Positions 61,841 to 64,000 of a stretch of 64,000 bases of DNA are shown here, piece by piece (positions within the stretch are counted from its first letter, which is position 1; each line of letters begins with the position of its first letter). Source of the DNA: a bacterium (GTDB lineage Bacteria > UBA8248); assembly GCA_965204535.1 (NCBI GenBank), contig OZ241996.1, forward strand, positions 736,001-800,000, in the 5' to 3' direction. The notes below the pieces were generated by a model, which made no database searches, was not told where the DNA came from, and was given only the letters and a program-made list of their open reading frames with translations. A program made the translations under genes and the position numbers.

Positions 61841-63553
61841 TTATTTTCCCTGCCTGCGTTTTCGGGTCGCGTCCGCATCGATTTGAAAGCCCGGCGCGCC
61901 GCCCAGCACCACGCCGTAGGCCGCCTCCGCCGCCTTGGGGGAGACGAAGCCGCGCAGAACGTCGGCGCGCACGTCCTCGGGGTCGCGTTCTTTGGGGTCG
62001 CCCCACCCGCCGCCGCCGGGGGTGGAGACGCGAATCGAATCGCCGCTCACAAACGCCGTGGACGCGCCGACGGCGGGCGCCTGCGCGCTCTTTTTGCCGG
62101 AGCGCCGGCGCATCTCGTAGGGCTTTCCGGACGATGCGCCCGGCCCGCCCGCGGGGCCGGCTTCGGCGTTTCCCGCCGCGCTCGCCGATACGCCGTCGAT
62201 GAGCATCCGGTACTCCCGGAACACGCCCAGGCCGCCGCGCCGCGCGCCAGCACCGCCTGAATCCTGCGCCAGCCCCATCGACTCGACCCGCACCGGATAG
62301 CGCGCCTCCATCACCTCGACGGGCATGCCGCCGGTCGCGCCGAGTGGGGAAACGGCGGACGCCCCGTCTCCCGTCATGTGCGCGCCCGCGCCTGCGCCCA
62401 GGGCTTCTCTGAGCAGGTGGAAGCCGCCTTTTTCGTCGTGTCCCCAGAAGCTGAGCGTCCTCAGGTTGTCAAAGCCGGTGGGCGTGCGCCCGCCGGAGGC
62501 CTCGAAGAGCGCCTCGCCGAACGCCGAGAGCAGCTTGCCGAGCGTGAGCGCTCTCAGGCCCGTCGGGGCGGGGAATCGGGGGGTGAGTATCGTGCCGGGT
62601 TCCGGCAATTTTATCTGAAACCCCCGCAAGGCCCCGTCGTTCAGGGGAGTCTCATTCATATCGTCCTGAAGGTGGAGCAGCATGGGAGCGAGGAGGCGGG
62701 TCAGGAACTGCGCGCCCTCTCCCTCCAGGGGGCAGTTGATGGGGCCGCGCGCCTGGGGGGCCGCGTCCAGTTCGATATGGAGAGCGTCCTTTTGCCGCGT
62801 GAGCGTGAGCGCGAGTTCATGCGGACCGTTCAAGCCATCCGTTTCGACGGCGGTGTGCGCCGTCCAGCTTTTTTCGGGGAGTTGCGGGATGAGCTGGCCG
62901 CGGAACGCGAGTTCGCATTCTCTGAGCAGATCGGCGAAGCACGCCGTGAGGTTCTCCGCCCCGTACCGCCGCGTCAAATCCTTGAGCCGCGCCGCGCCGA
63001 CCCGGAGCGCGCCGAGCTGGGCGTCGATGTCATCCCCCAGGTGATGGGCCTGGCGGCTGTTCCTGAGGAGCAGGGTCTTGATGTCATCGACCGTCTCATC
63101 GCCGCGCGCGATGCGCACCGGCGGGATGAGGACCCCTTCGTGGTAGCTCTCGCGCGAGCCGACGCTCGCCCCGCCGGGCAGCGCGCCGCCCAGATCGTCG
63201 TGACGGCCCCTGATCTGCAAAAAAGCGATGAGCGCGCCCTCTGCGAACAAAGGCCGGGTGAGGCATAGCTCCGCGGCCTCGCCCAGACCGGCGGGGGGCA
63301 TGTAGGGGTCGTTGTGGAGGAAAACGTCGCCCTCGGCCGGATCGGGATACGCGCGGATGACGGGCGCCGGGCCGGTGGCGAGCACCCGCCCGGTGAGCGC
63401 GCGCCCGAAGCGGTCGAACAGGCAGACGGAGAAATCGCCCGCGTCGCGCAGGGACGGGCTTCGCCAGATGCGCGCGAGGAGGTCCTCGACTTCCTCCTCG
63501 ACCGCGCGAAGCGCGCCCGCCAGGATTTCGCTGACAATCGGGTTCGCGTTCAT
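61841..63553 (-). CDS. Hydantoinase B / oxoprolinase-family protein
   Basis: HNDPY, DSGGAG..RGG, TPGGGGWGDP. Confidence 0.88.
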   Translation of the reverse strand: MNANPIVSEILAGALRAVEEEVEDLLARIWRSPSLRDAGDFSVCLFDRFGRALTGRVLATGPAPVIRAYPDPAEGDVFLHNDPYMPPAGLGEAAELCLTRPLFAEGALIAFLQIRGRHDDLGGALPGGASVGSRESYHEGVLIPPVRIARGDETVDDIKTLLLRNSRQAHHLGDDIDAQLGALRVGAARLKDLTRRYGAENLTACFADLLRECELAFRGQLIPQLPEKSWTAHTAVETDGLNGPHELALTLTRQKDALHIELDAAPQARGPINCPLEGEGAQFLTRLLAPMLLHLQDDMNETPLNDGALRGFQIKLPEPGTILTPRFPAPTGLRALTLGKLLSAFGEALFEASGGRTPTGFDNLRTLSFWGHDEKGGFHLLREALGAGAGAHMTGDGASAVSPLGATGGMPVEVMEARYPVRVESMGLAQDSGGAGARRGGLGVFREYRMLIDGVSASAAGNAEAGPAGGPGASSGKPYEMRRRSGKKSAQAPAVGASTAFVSGDSIRVSTPGGGGWGDPKERDPEDVRADVLRGFVSPKAAEAAYGVVLGGAPGFQIDADATRKRRQGK

Positions 63554-64000
63554 CCCCAGGCCGCTCCCACGCCGTGATCGCCCGTCGGCCTGCCGGCGCG
63601 CTCGTCGCGCTCGAAGACTTCCGAGCGGAAGCGCATCACCAGGTTCCCATACCTGTCCACGCGGGCTTCCTGCCGGGGGAAGATGGCCGTCGTGCTGCCG
63701 AAGCTCTCGACGATGGCCGGTCCGGGGATGTAGTTGCCCTCCAGCAGCCTCTCCCGGTAGTAGACCGGCGTATCGTGAAACCCGCCCAGTTCCTTGAACC
63801 AGACGAGGCGCGCGCCCTTGTAAGCCTCCTCGGGGCTTTCGTCGCCCGCGGGGATGAGGGGCAGGTTGGGCGGTTCCGTCATGCCGATTCCCGTGACGCG
63901 CAGGTGCACGATCTCGACCGGGCGGCTGCTTTTGTGGTTGTAGGTGTAGCGTCGCTGGTAGAGGGCGTGGAAGCGTTCGAAGGCCTCCGCCAGCACCGGC
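63550..64000 (-). CDS. Hydantoinase A / oxoprolinase-family protein, C-terminal part
   Basis: FERFH..Y, GPAIVE..STT, VDRYGNL; ATGA overlap with the B subunit. Confidence 0.85.
   Translation of the reverse strand, partial: PVLAEAFERFHALYQRRYTYNHKSSRPVEIVHLRVTGIGMTEPPNLPLIPAGDESPEEAYKGARLVWFKELGGFHDTPVYYRERLLEGNYIPGPAIVESFGSTTAIFPRQEARVDRYGNLVMRFRSEVFERDERAGRPTGDHGVGAAWG

Overview
GC-rich bacterial chromosome with two parts. (1) Positions 1 to ~30,060 are the right part of a mosaic genomic island or decayed ICE. It starts with a leading-region-like block: tandem Zn-ribbon protein, ssb, DUF4326, DUF2493/SLOG, long hairpins, and an RHH gene with a candidate operator/oriT. It carries many IS elements (IS66-like, IS110, IS1182, IS256 copies, relics and a chimera) and low-GC defence-like cargo (frameshifted SIR2-SEC-C, AbiE-like pair, HD-CE/Hsp90 ATPase, Abi_C-like). 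It ends in two coupled tyrosine integrases. (2) Positions ~30,060-64,000 are mostly core genome: LeuCD-like pair, M16 peptidases, an Sdh/Frd-like plus fumarase-like catabolic operon, def, tRNA-Leu(GAG), a peptide ABC transporter, secG, tpiA, pgk, gap and hydantoinase genes. This part also has MITE/REP-like palindromes and a small TA hotspot bounded by copies of the def 3' end. The clearest signal is an intact IS110/IS1111-type element whose 3' non-coding region contains four short segments matching its own insertion site and circle junction, i.e. a bridge RNA readable by eye. All family calls come from motif recognition; no database searches were run.
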